A stretch of DNA of 63,968 nt, filler included, from Octopus bimaculoides (GCF_001194135.2; 5 parts of 4 records of this genome joined end to end with filler, not necessarily neighbours in it), one strand, 5' to 3'; shown: positions 25,801 to 37,765, counted from the whole stretch's first letter. Made by a program: numbers and translations. The notes: generated by a model from the letters alone, not told the origin.

Positions 25801-26860
25801 GAAGAAGGTTTAGAAATTCACCTGGAAGACTTCTTCGCATGCATTATGATAAGGCGCCGAACTGACAGAATCGTTAGCACGCCAAACAAAGTCTGGGCAG
25901 CATTTCTTCTTGTTTTACGTTCTGAAATCAAATTTCAACGAAGTCGACTTTACCTTTCATCCTTATGAGGTCAATAAAATGTGTACCAGTTGATCACCAG
26001 AGTCGATGTAATCGACTAGCACCCGCCCTCTAAAATTACTGGCCTTGTGCCAAAATTTGAAACGTTATGATAATCAGTGTCCAGCTCGCAATTGTTGACA
26101 TATCACCCGCCTAACTTTAGGGCTTCTCTGAACAAGTAGTTTTGTGATGAAGCAATAAAATTCCACAATGTCGAATTAGGTGAATTTGTAATTATTTTTA
26201 TTAACTGTGTTGTCGAACTACTTCATTAGCAGAGTATTGATATTCCATAGAATAACTCTGCGGCTTGTTTAATATTTAAGATTAATTCACTTGTATATTT
26301 ATCACTTACTATAAACAGTTCTCGTTTTTACTGGCTTTTATAGTTCTACATGTAGGCCTGCTGGGAAATTTTATTTATGGTCCTTCAGGGTTACATAAGA
26401 TTTCCTTATACCTAAACATTCGCGTTTCATCTATATTCTGCTAGGCAGCTAGTGTTTATGCAACTTAGCTCCTGTACGTACTAAATTTTTGTGATTATTG
26501 TGCTTGTTTATTATGTTACTTGGAAGAAATTTTAGAATACGTAGAATTCCATTATTATTTTTTAATTTGTCTTATCTTTGGAAAAATATATGTGTTTAGA
26601 ATCTCTAAATCTTTTCCTGATTTTGTTTTCCGAGGCCTTAGAAATAATTTAGGTAGTTTTCCAAACCATCCATATAAATCCGGCTTTATGTAAATAGATA
26701 TACTGTACAACATATATTTAGGTGTCGTTCTCTCGTCTGTGAAACTTAAAATGTATGCATATGTACGTGTGTGTGTGTATATGTGTGTGTGTATGAGTGT
26801 GTGTGTGTATGAGTGTGTGTGCGAGTGAGTGTGTGCGCGTGTATCTTTGTATACAAAGAA

Positions 26861-26932
<72 letters not shown>

Positions 26933-27039
26933 ATATAGATTAATATATATGCATATAGATATATAAACATATATAGAGAGATAAATACATAAACACACAC
27001 ACACACACATAGGTGTGTGTGTGCGAGTATTTATAACAA

Positions 27040-27880
27040 TATTGGTTTCAAATTTTGGTACGACACCAACAATTTGGGTGGGGAAGGTGTAAGTCGATCA
27101 CCTGATCGACTTATCGTTAGTAATCCTTTCTACTATAGGCATAAAGCCTGAAATTCGGTGGGTAGGGTGCAATCACATCGACTCCAGTATCGACTCACCT
27201 GGTATTTATTTTATCAACCTCAAATGAATGAAAGGCAACGTCGACCTCGACAGAATTTGCACTCAGAACATAAAGACGGACGAAATGCCGCTAAGCATTT
27301 TATCCAGAGTGTCAGCGATTTCTTCAAGCTCGTCGCCTTTAGTAGTCTTTTCTGGTATAGGCACAAGACCTGTAATTTGGGATTAAGGAAATAGCCGATT
27401 ACATCGACCCCACTGCTTAGCTGCTACTTATTTTATCGACCCCGAAAAGATAAGACCCAAAATCGACCTCAGCGGTATTTCAACTCAGAACGAAATACCA
27501 ATAAGTATTTCGTCCAGCTACTAACGTTTTTATCGGTTCGCCGCCTGTAATAATCCTCTCTACTATAGACACAAGGCCTGTAATTTGGTGGAAGGTTAAG
27601 TTGATTACATTAGGAGAAATCTGACATATGTAAAAAACATAACTTGGAATTCTTTTAATGCTTATGGTATGGTTTGTGGGTATTTCTTTTCCCTGTCCTA
27701 CATATGTTTGCTGATACATCAACCCCAGTACTCAACCGGTATTTAATTTTATCGACACCGAGGGGATGAAAGGCAAAGTCGAACTCGGCAACATTTGAAC
27801 TCATAAAGTAGCGACGGGCGAAATGCGGATAAGCATTTCGTCCAGCGTGCTAACGCTTCTGCCAGCTCGCCGCCTTTAAT
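27040..27880 (+). repeat. Head-to-tail array of about four diverged SINE units
   Basis: Recurring ctactataggcac/taag.cctg.aattt..tttatcgacc..gaaaggcaa..tcgacctc..aactca..aagcattt unit. Confidence 0.7.
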
Positions 27881-29944
27881 AAACGCTTGGTTATGCACAG
27901 AAAAAAAAACGAAAACAGATTAGAAATAAAATTGTGAGAAGAAATGTTTCCTTTTTCTAACTCACCAGTTTCAATTTGTATCCACTTTTCTTCACAGTTC
28001 TAGCAAATGCGAGATTTTTTCGTTATTTTCTCAAATTGAACATTAAAGTTCAATTTCTTTTTCTTTCTTTTTTTTTTTTTTTACCTTTTTACTTTAGCGC
28101 AGTTGAAATGATTTATATTAGCGTTTCTTTTTATATAATATCAGTGGGGATGATTGCGTTAAAACTGCTTCAGATTTCAAAGCTCTCAATATGAGCTTTA
28201 TTTATTTATTTATGTATTTGTTATTATATTTATTATTTGAAATTAAATTATGAGTTTTGATTATTCAAGACACGAAGAGAAGATTTTATGTTTTTTCTCA
28301 AAAATATTCAATTTCAGGGTAAGTATGAAACGCATTTTTATTATCCAAAAAAAGGCATTCTGTATTTACTTTTTATTTTTTATTATATATGTTCGGTATG
28401 TTTACTTTGATAGTTATGTTAGTAGTAATTAGACAATTTCACTCACTCGCAATAGAGTGAAATATGTACCTTCACTATGTCTATAAAATGGTTCATGTTG
28501 TGAGTTTTGAATATTGTAGCAGTTCAAACGCACGCACTCTGATTAATTTATACATGCATGCCTGCATACACAAATACATACATACGTATATATATATACA
28601 TATGTATTTTTATAAATATATATATATATGTATGTATGTATGTATGTTTGTATATGTCTGTATAAATATATATATATATGTATGTATGTGTATATATATA
28701 TATATCTNNNNNNNNNNNNNGAGAGAGGGAGATAAATGAGAGAGGGAGAGGATGGAGAAGGAGAGAAAGAACAGCTACAGAATGATCATTGATCTATAGC
28801 ATCACACCCCGTTCCCCCACAAAAAGTAAATATAATGAAATCGCTTAGGAGAAATGCAGTAAATTTTAGAAAATGATTTACTCTTGTTCGATATGTAACC
28901 TTTACTTCCAAGGCACATATACACACACACAGAGACACCTGTGTGCAGTGAGAGGTAATACACTGACTAATCTTTGTGTGTTCATCTGATATATCATAAA
29001 CACAATGGATGATATATTTGATATGGTGGTATATATTTATCTTAGCGTCATATCTCTAATAACGTTAGAATGTTCTAGTGCGGAGAGTATAGAGCGAACC
29101 TGCCTCTCCCCAGTACTAATCGGAAGAATACACTGTATAGTTTATTATGTATGCCTGTGTAGTTAAGAAATTCACTTCGCAACCATGTGCTTGCGGTTGG
29201 ACAAGTGACTTTTAGTCTTGCCTCGAGCTGACCAAAGCCTTCTGAGAGAACTGAACAAAATGCTATGAGGTGTTTGGTTACAACTCTTATGTTTTATGTT
29301 TAAACTTTGATGAGGTCGGATTTATCAGTGACAAAATATCAATATTGGATTGCACATATATTGAAAAATACTACAATCATTTCAGCTGAGAACAAAATTG
29401 CAGCCCTAAGCCAGGACCTGAATATTTGCTAACAACCTCCTTCAAGGAAACATGTCTCCGATGTCGGTAAAATAGCATTCAAGCATTGGCATGATATAAT
29501 CGACTATATCCACCACCCACAAAATGTTTAGCATTATGCTACCATCTAGTTAAAAACTGATATCAAATCGGCTTTCAGTTGTTGTTGTTGTTGTTTAGTC
29601 TAGAGTTGTCCCTGTATGAACAGGCCTAGATTAAAATATTCCATTTGTGATCATCCTGATCTGCTTTTGGTTTTGTTATTTGTTTTGCTTTTGTCTTTTA
29701 TCATATTAGTAACTTCATAGTCCGAACTATCCATCTCTTTTGATACGGTAGGTAGTGATTTATTGACAAAATTTTGATTACATTTCTACTTGCTTACGCA
29801 ACCATGTAGAGGCTATTTTCTCGTTTCCACAGGAGAAGAACACCAACCAGTGATTGCTTCTGTTCTTAAAACATATGGAATTCACCAACTATATAAGAGA
29901 GATATTTGAAAAACCGAAACAATGGATCCTGAACGAAACACACA

Positions 29945-30024
<80 letters not shown>

Positions 30025-30034
30025 TACATATATA

Positions 30035-30070
<36 letters not shown>

Positions 30071-30299
30071 GCGACTTTAACATACATGCACACAGATCCT
30101 ACCACACACACACAGAACCTACCACACACACATACACACACACACAGACTACGCACACAAACACAAATCCGCACACAGTTACCACCACACGCTATCACGC
30201 ACACACACATACGCTACCATACATACACACGCTACGACACACACACATTACCATACACGCACATACCATTATCACACTCTCATGTCCCAGAAAGCACTT

Positions 30300-30510
30300 T
30301 CTCTTCATTCCTTCTACTTCCGGTCACTTCAAAAATGTAACGGCACGTGATTGCTGGCGATTTTTTTCCTCCTTCATTTTGGAATTTCCTGTTTTTCCTA
30401 CTTTCGAAGAAGAGCTATGCTCGAAACGTAAAACTAATACTTTTTTTTTTCTATGAGCGTCTTATCACTACGTTGCTTGTGCCACGTCCACACATCCGTT
30501 TGTTTCTTTT
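30300..30510 (+). mobile_element. Penelope-like terminal fragment with decayed hammerhead motif
   Basis: ttcgaaga-a-gagc-tat-gctc-gaaacgta (30403-30430) has stem II and GAAAC-GUA, but the CUGANGA core is imperfect. Confidence 0.45.
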
Positions 30511-31035
30511 TCTTTTTCTTTTTCTCTGTGTTTTTTTAATTGATTTTATATNNNNNNNNNNNNNNNNNNNNNNNNNNNNNNNNNNNNNNNNNNNNNNNNN
30601 NNNNNNNNNNNNNNNNNNNNNNNNNNNNNNNNNNNNNNNNNNNNNNNNNNNNNNNNNNNNNNNNNNNNNNNNNNNNNNNNNNNNNNNNNNNNNNNNNNNN
30701 NNNNNNNNNNNNNNNNNNNNNNNNNNNNNNNNNNNNNNNNNNNNNNNNNNNNNNNNNNNNNNNNNNNNNNNNNNNNNNNNNNNNNNNNNNNNNNNNNNNN
30801 NNNNNNNNNNNNNNNNNNNNNNNNNNNNNNNNNNNNNNNNNNNNNNNNNNNNNNNNNNNNNNNNNNNNNNNNNNNNNNNNNNNNNNNNNNNNNNNNNNNN
30901 NNNNNNNNNNNNNNNNNNNNNNNNNNNNNNNNNNNNNNNNNNNNNNNNNNNNNNNNNNNNNNNNNNNNNNNNNNNNNNNNNNNNNNNNNNNNNNNNNNNN
31001 NNNNNNNNNNNNNNNNNNNNNNNNNNNNNNNNNNN

Positions 31036-31104
<69 letters not shown>

Positions 31105-31222
31105 ATATATGTGTGTGTTTATGTGTGTGTTTATGTGTGTGTGTGTGTCACTAAATGCGACTAAGATGTTAGAAACACATTCTTAGAAATAAGAGCTAAA
31201 ATGGTCTACTGCAGTAGTCATC

Positions 31223-31317
31223 GCACATAATTGTATACATATATAGACAGAGTCTATAATCTTCTGAAAATGCCGTTCGAGAATTCTCTGTCTGTATATA
31301 TGTATACAATTATGTGC
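31223..31317. repeat. Inverted repeat hairpin (30-bp arms, 33-nt loop)
   Basis: gcacataattgtatacatatatagacagag pairs with ctctgtct(gt)atatatgtatacaattatgtgc. Confidence 0.8.
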
Positions 31318-31481
31318 TTAGACTACAGCATTAGAGCTCTTTAGCTCTTATTTGTAACAATGTAGGTGTTTCTAACGCCCTAGTTGTATTTAGTGACAGT
31401 TATAATTTTCCTTTTTGGTAAACATTGCAAACTGCTGTATATTTTAATTATATATATATATATATATTTAATTTATTTATA

Positions 31482-32721
31482 TCAGGTCATCCCATAAGTA
31501 ACGTCCGGACTTTTATATCTTCAATTTGTAAACGCTTTAACAGTATTTTAGAATGTCTAATGGCATCAAATAATATTTATAAGTATCTGGACATATTTAA
31601 ACTAATTAAATTTCATATTGCATGATGATCTAATTGAAATTTCTCTGATTTATAGCTCTTCAAACAGGGAAGTGTCTAAGGAACATTTGCGGCACATAAT
31701 ACTCGAATATTCACTCAGCTTATTTAGAAATGTACATGAATGAAAGAACTTACAGAAGATGGTTTGTAAAATTCAGAAGTGGAGATCTTAACCTCGAAGA
31801 TGAGGCCTGAACAGGACGTCCAATTGAGTTTGATGACAAGCTCCTCTTGGCAAATCTTGGAAAAGATTATGCAGTTTCAGTTGAGGAAATGACAAGCAAG
31901 CTTCGTTCAAGCCATACAACTGTTCACCGCCATCTTAAACAGCTTGGGAAGGTCCCAAAACTCAGAAAATGGGTGCCTCATGATGTGTTTGACGCCAACT
32001 GCAAATCCTGAGTGGACATCTGCTCTTCTTTTCCTCCTCGTGAACTCCTCTCGTTCTTTTTGGACAGACTGGTGACCGGCGATGACAAATGGCTCTTTTA
32101 TCAAAATGTTGAGCGTCGTAGACATTGGCTTGGTGAAGGGGTAAAGGCCCAACCACAACCGAAAAGAAAACTCCATGAGAGGAAGGTTCTTCTCTCTTTT
32201 GTGGGGAGATTTCTAAGGAGCCATCCATTTTTACTTGTTACCAACTAATGCAACAATCAATGCTCAAATCTACTATCAGCAATTAGAGCGTTTGAACGCT
32301 GCTTTGAAGAAGAAAAAAAGTGAATCGAAAGGAAGTGGTGTTTCATTAGGACAATGCAAATCCCCACACTGCAGAGATCACGTCACAGAACATCGAGGAA
32401 CTTGGCTGGGAGAAAATTGCTCATCGACTTTATTCCCCAGACCTTGCTCCTTCAGATTACCATTTGTTTCGTAGCGTACAGAATCATTTGGCTGGGTTAA
32501 CTCTTGAAACAACTGAGGAAGTCGAAACTGACCTTTCAGAGTTCTTCTCTTCGAAACCGATAGAATTTTTCAGTAATGATATTAAAAAGCTTACCAGTAG
32601 ATGGAAAGATGCCAGAAATAATCATGGAAACTATATTGATGATTAAGTTTCATTAAAATGTAAGATTTGATCACTTGTTTTCCTTATTTATAATCCGGAT
32701 ATTACTTATGAGATGACCTGA
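31482..32721 (+). mobile_element. Near full-length mariner (DD34D) element, inactivated
   Basis: 28-bp TIRs tcaggtcatcccataagtaacgtccgga / tccggatattacttatgagatgacctga (25/28 match) with TA at both ends. Motifs WVPHD, LVTGDDKW and YSPDLAPSDYHLF; ends ..GNYIDD*. Frameshifts and stops present. Confidence 0.95.
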
Positions 32722-33989
32722 TATATATATTCTATAGGCAGTATTAAAATAAAATAGCCACACTGTATCGTAATGAACGTATATAGATTATTGGTAGGCC
32801 AATTACTGTGGCATTTGTTCAGAGATATCTTTTATGGACATGCTGGGAAAAGAAAAACAATAAATATCAAAGGAAGACAAATGTTCAGCCCAGCAAGAGC
32901 TACCGTGAACGCCAGATGCATTTCAGGCTTTTGGCGGTCTTCTCAATGACGTGTTCTCATAACACGTCCATAAGAATTGTTGTCTGACGATGAATATTGC
33001 AGTAGCTGGGCCTATCGACACGGTATATACATTTATAGATGCCTATTTTGATTTAATTCTCCCTTAATTGCGAATACTAGATTTTTATTCAGGCAAGCAG
33101 CAATTCGCAACACAAATAAATGCTTCATTCACTGTTTCCTATACCGGGAGTGACGATTTCTCGTCTTAGCATAATAGCTAGCTGCATGTCAACGTCATTA
33201 CGGAGATGCACAAAGGTCAAAGTGCATCAGGTGTTCTTGCTAGCCGGGACGAATTTTCGTCACCCTTCTATATTTATTGTATTTTTTTTTTCTTTTTTGC
33301 ATACGATTCGCGCCATTCAGCATGAATGCTTCTTTCTACGACTCTATAAAGCCCAGAGAGGAAGAAGCTCATTTAAAGAATCTTCGATTAATCACTGACA
33401 AAAATTGCGCTATCTCCTGAGAAGCATACATTATATTTGGATTGCTGGAGAATGATGCTCAGTAGAATGCGACATAATCAGAAGCTGCTGCCTCAAGCCG
33501 TCAAGAGCCTTAAGGTTATTTTCATCATGCTTTTAAGACGTTGGAAACCATTCAGTCTACTTCAGCTTTGCTTCAGATATTGATTTCAAGCAACTTAACT
33601 CAACAGATGTAGCTTGGAATAAAAAGGAGGCTACTCAGATGAAATCTATAATTTAGCCTTACCCAACAACACTGGAGTCTGTAATCTCGTAGCAGCAAAT
33701 CTGAAAGAACAATCATATAATATTCACATATTAAAAGCATATAACAATGACAATGAACACTAACACTCTGCAGAACAGAGCGTTGTCTATTTGATACACG
33801 GCGTCAACAAGAAACTATTGTAAGCATTTACAAGAAATATTCATACTTACGAATCAATGTTGTGGATCAAGAAGAAACAGCTTGCTATGTTGTAAATTTT
33901 TAGATTTATTGGTAACTTCATGGTTGCTTTTTTTAGAAATAATACATTTTCAAAATCTCTCAGAGAGATTTATGCAGTAGTGATACGAT

Positions 33990-34279
33990 GAAGTAGTTGT
34001 ATGCTGTCAACTTAATGTGACAGTCCCCTGAAGGGAATAATACTACTGTTGGTTAGACCTAGGAAGCTGCACCGCTTCCTGTCGGCCTTGACACATTTCC
34101 TGTGTCCTTATGTTTACAAGGGGGAGACAAGCACCTCCACCCAGCTAAGCCTGCATCCAGAGACATGTTTCTGAGTCTTTGCTCATCATCAGTCTGGAGT
34201 AGCTTCCTAGGTCTAACCAACAGTAATATTATTCCCTTCAGGGGACTGTCACATTAAGTTGACAGCATACAACTACTTC
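33990..34279 (-). mobile_element. Small element: 79-bp inverted arms around a 132-bp ribozyme-containing core (Penelope-like terminus)
   Basis: Arms 33990-34068 and 34201-34279 are reverse complements with one mismatch. The core carries the hammerhead motif. Confidence 0.7.
34156..34198 (-). ncRNA. Minimal type I hammerhead ribozyme
   Basis: Minus strand: UCCAGA-CUGAUGA-UGAG-CAAAGA-CUCA-GAAA-C-AU-G-UC-UCUGGA. Stem I 6 bp, intact core, stem II 4 bp, palindromic mini stem III (ACAUGU), GUC cleavage triplet. Confidence 0.85.
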
Positions 34280-35209
34280 TTCATGTTTGCTGTCACACTT
34301 CAGTCACTAAGGTGTCTACACATTTATCAAATTATTTTAAGAATTAAATAAATAAAAGAAAAAATATTATACTAAGTTACAGTTCCAGATGAAATAAAAC
34401 TGTTTTCCCTTTTACTTATTTCTGTGTTCTAATGACATGTCATTCACACAAATAAATTATGTAAAGATGACATCGGCAGAGATTTGAGCTAAGAACCAAA
34501 AAAGACCGGACAAAATGCTGCAAGATATTTTGTCCGACGATCCAAAGATTTTACCAATCTATAGCCTTAAATATGTTATTAATATTGGTTTCAGATTTTG
34601 GCACAAGGTCAGCAATTTCGTCTCCAGTGGTTAACTGATATTCATTTTATTGATCTCAAGAGTATTAAAGGCAAGGTCGCCCCCAGAGACACTTGAACTC
34701 AAAACATAAAGTCAGAAGAAATGTCGCTAAGCATTTTGCCCAGCATCCAAATGATTCTGCCTGTTCGCCACCTCAAATGTGTTATTAACGTTGAGTGCGT
34801 ATCTCTTTGACGAGGCATTCGCTACGAGATTCTGTAAAACTATTGGTATACTGTCTCTCATTTCTTACATAGAAAAACAGCTCTGGACTTTTTATAGCTT
34901 CTCTTCAGCTTGGGTAACGCTGTATATTATATTACAATTTCTGAATATAAATGTGTGCGCATGTACGCATGTGCGTGTGTATGTAGGCATATATGTATGT
35001 ATGCATTTATCTATCTATTTATAAACTCGTTATTCAAGAGGTATATAACACAAAGTACATATAAAGATATCCGTGCATATGCACATATAACTATAAGTAT
35101 ATATATATANNNNNNNNNNNNNNNNNNNNNNNNNNNNNNNNNNNNNNNNNNNNTTAATTAATTAANNNNNNNNNNNNNNNNNNNNNNNNNNNNNNNNNNN
35201 NNNNNNNNN

Positions 35210-35704
35210 GGTGGGCTATAAAGGCCGAGTGCGTTTTCAACAGTATATGCCAGGAAAGCGCACAAAATGGGGGATCAAAGTTTGGAAAAGATTTGTGAAT
35301 CAAATACTGGGTACTGCTCTGGATTTTAATTTTATACTGGCAAAAGAGACAGTAATAAATCCAGTAATGTGCACAACTCTTCTATAATAATATTTTGTTG
35401 TATACCCAATTGAATATTAGCTAATGACCCATTTTCTATAGCGATGTTTGAACAAAAATTTAAATAATTTTATATTTTGTTGAATTTACCTGTAATTAAA
35501 GTCACTTTGTGACAAAAATTTTGGTATAGAATTGGTTGAGAACCTTTCGTAAATTTATCTTCCAAAAATCACATTAATATGTTTGATAAATAAAAAAGTT
35601 AGAGTTGTTTAATGAAACCAGCCTAAATTTATGATTATGTTAGAAATTAATTGAAACACATAAGGGGTGTAATTTGGTTAGAAATATGGTAACGAAAGAG
35701 TTAA
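35210..35704 (+). mobile_element. piggyBac derivative, 3' part
   Basis: Near-identical to 48790-49270. Ends tggtaacgaaagag-TTAA. Starts at a scaffold join. Confidence 0.85.
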
Positions 35705-36343
35705 GGTCCTGATTTCATACACTAGTAGGGGTTTTGACTTTTTTTTTTATAACCAGTCATTTTTTGGAGAAAAAGATTACAAGTTTAGAGAGTTAATCTT
35801 ATCCAACCAACCCATACACACCATTGCTTCACTAATGGAAGCTGCCATTTCTGTTTTTGGAACATGACTAATCTGAAATGCACCATTGATCTATTTCAAT
35901 CTGTGCAGTTTTATAATAAGTTCTCTGTACATGTGGCTGTTATAATCAACTGTGGTGTAATGGTTTACTGCCAGCTCCTTTAGAAAAGAAGCATATATGT
36001 GTCAGTTTCTATACAGGCACAAATTTGATGCAGCCTGTCTTCTATTTGCATCAATCAACAGTGGGTAGTACTATTTCATGTTTTACATTCAGCTTCTTCT
36101 GTTGGAAATAGCTTACTGCATCCTCTAGGCTTTTAGATTTTCCCACAATCTTCTCAAATGTTCCATTGGCTGCTATGACATATCAATTTGTGTCATGTTG
36201 AAGGAATGTTTCCGATGGCTAAGATTGCAAAATATTTCCATCTATCCTGCCACTGTTTGACATAAATGCTGTTCCATGTCCTAATAACTTAGTGGTTCAG
36301 CAAAGGAGGTTCATACAGTAAATACCAAACATTGAAAAGTAAT

Positions 36344-36415
36344 CTGCAGATGATGAAATCTTTCACGATGGTCTTCATTACTCTTTGCTGCTGAAGTTAT
36401 CCAGACCTGATGCAG
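36344..36415 (+). ncRNA. Box C/D snoRNA, SNORD35/snR73-like, copy 1
   Basis: Terminal stem ctgca/tgcag, C box ATGATGA, C' CTGCTGA, D CTGA. Guide TTTCACGATGGTCT pairs over 14 nt (two G-U) with conserved LSU rRNA AGACCGUCGUGAGA. Confidence 0.85.
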
Positions 36416-36765
36416 TATTGCTTTATCAAGCTTTCACAAATGAATGTGTTGAGTCAGAAAGTATATTAATTTTGCTTCATTGACAAGATTTCACCATAAT
36501 TGGGAAATGTAACAGTCTTGGATATGGAGGATTACATTTCTTGAATAATTAGTGGAAATATGAGTTTTTGCTTCTTTTTTTTTTTTTTTTTTTTTTTTTT
36601 CCCCCTTCAATTTTTGAAAATTTTCAAATTTGATATGTAGATGTGATTTTTTTTTAATGCTGAACTTGCTTGCTTGTTACAGAGGCTTGAAGTTTGATAA
36701 ATTTTACAGTCAGAAAATAAGATTTGGGAGCTGGCATTTTTATGTGCAATGACATTACAACAAAG

Positions 36766-36890
36766 GGCACTGTCATGGTATTAGCTGTCAGAAGTGAAAG
36801 TAGAACTGACAAGGAACGTTACTGCTGGTTTGAGTTGATTCTTTGGCTACTGACTAGCCGGAGCTATCTATCTGTCTGTCTATCTCACTA

Positions 36891-36923
<33 letters not shown>

Positions 36924-37313
36924 CTATCACTTGTTCACCTCTGTGACTGTAGAATTTATCAAATTAGAAAACGCAAATTTAATATAAAAATATATTTTCT
37001 GAAATTGCAAATTATTTAAAATATAAGAATATAATTTTCAGCAGAGAGAATTTATCAAAATAGAAAACAAATGAAGTTTAAAAATAATAGGATCGAGGAC
37101 TGCGCGTTCGGGACCGCTCTGTGTGTTTTCAAACGCATGGCTATAGGTGTCAAATTTGTTCCAATAACTTTCGAGTGATAGATACAGAGAGAGACAGACA
37201 GATAGCTAGCTCTGGCCAGTCATGGTATTAGCTGTCAGTAGCCAAAGAATCAACTCAAACCAGCAGTAACGTTCCTTGTCAGATTTTTCTACTTTGTCAC
37301 TTCTGACAGTGCC
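36766..37313. mobile_element. MITE with long imperfect TIRs and 8-bp TSD
   Basis: Ends GGCACTGTC/GACAGTGCC flanked on both sides by CAACAAAG. About 130-150 bp of inverted similarity. Confidence 0.8.
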
Positions 37314-37765
37314 CAACAAAGCATTAAACAACGGAAGTTCTTAAGATTTTTCTAAAAAAAATTTTCACCACAGCCTTTGAATTGATGTAAGATGGGTGTG
37401 TTTTTATGAAAAAAATTTGAAAATTTATATTTTTACACCTTGACCATCCCATTTGGTGTCAAATTTCACCAATTTTGTGGAAACTACACATGGGAGAAGC
37501 AAGAGGGTTGGTGTTAGGAAGGGTATCTGGTTGTAAAGACCCTACCAAGGCAGACATTGAAGCATGGTATAGTCTTCTACCACGCCAGCATGAAAAACAG
37601 ATGTTAACTGATGAGTAGCATACAAAACTACATCAATATACCAAATTTGAAATCACTTGGAACAAAATTGAAGTGAAAGGCAAACAGAAAATATCTGAAA
37701 TATGCTAGTGAATTAGTTTATAATAGATAAGCTTGTAATATTTTCAAATGAATATTGAAAGTAAT

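Larger units (their letters stand above)
24200..26755. mobile_element. Element bounded by ~310-bp inverted repeats (24200-24510 / 26445-26755)
   Basis: The arms are reverse complements with scattered substitutions. Both outer ends read TACATTTT/AAAATGTA. Confidence 0.75.

Noticed and set aside
29854-30340. His/Thr-rich ORFs of 100-200 aa
   Set aside because: Translation of decayed (CA)n microsatellite.
37595-37635. gatgt..CTGATGA-GTA-gca-TAC-AAAAC..acatc, a hammerhead look-alike
   Set aside because: Lacks the essential G of GAAA and a cleavage triplet, and derives from the decayed (GAT)n SINE tail.
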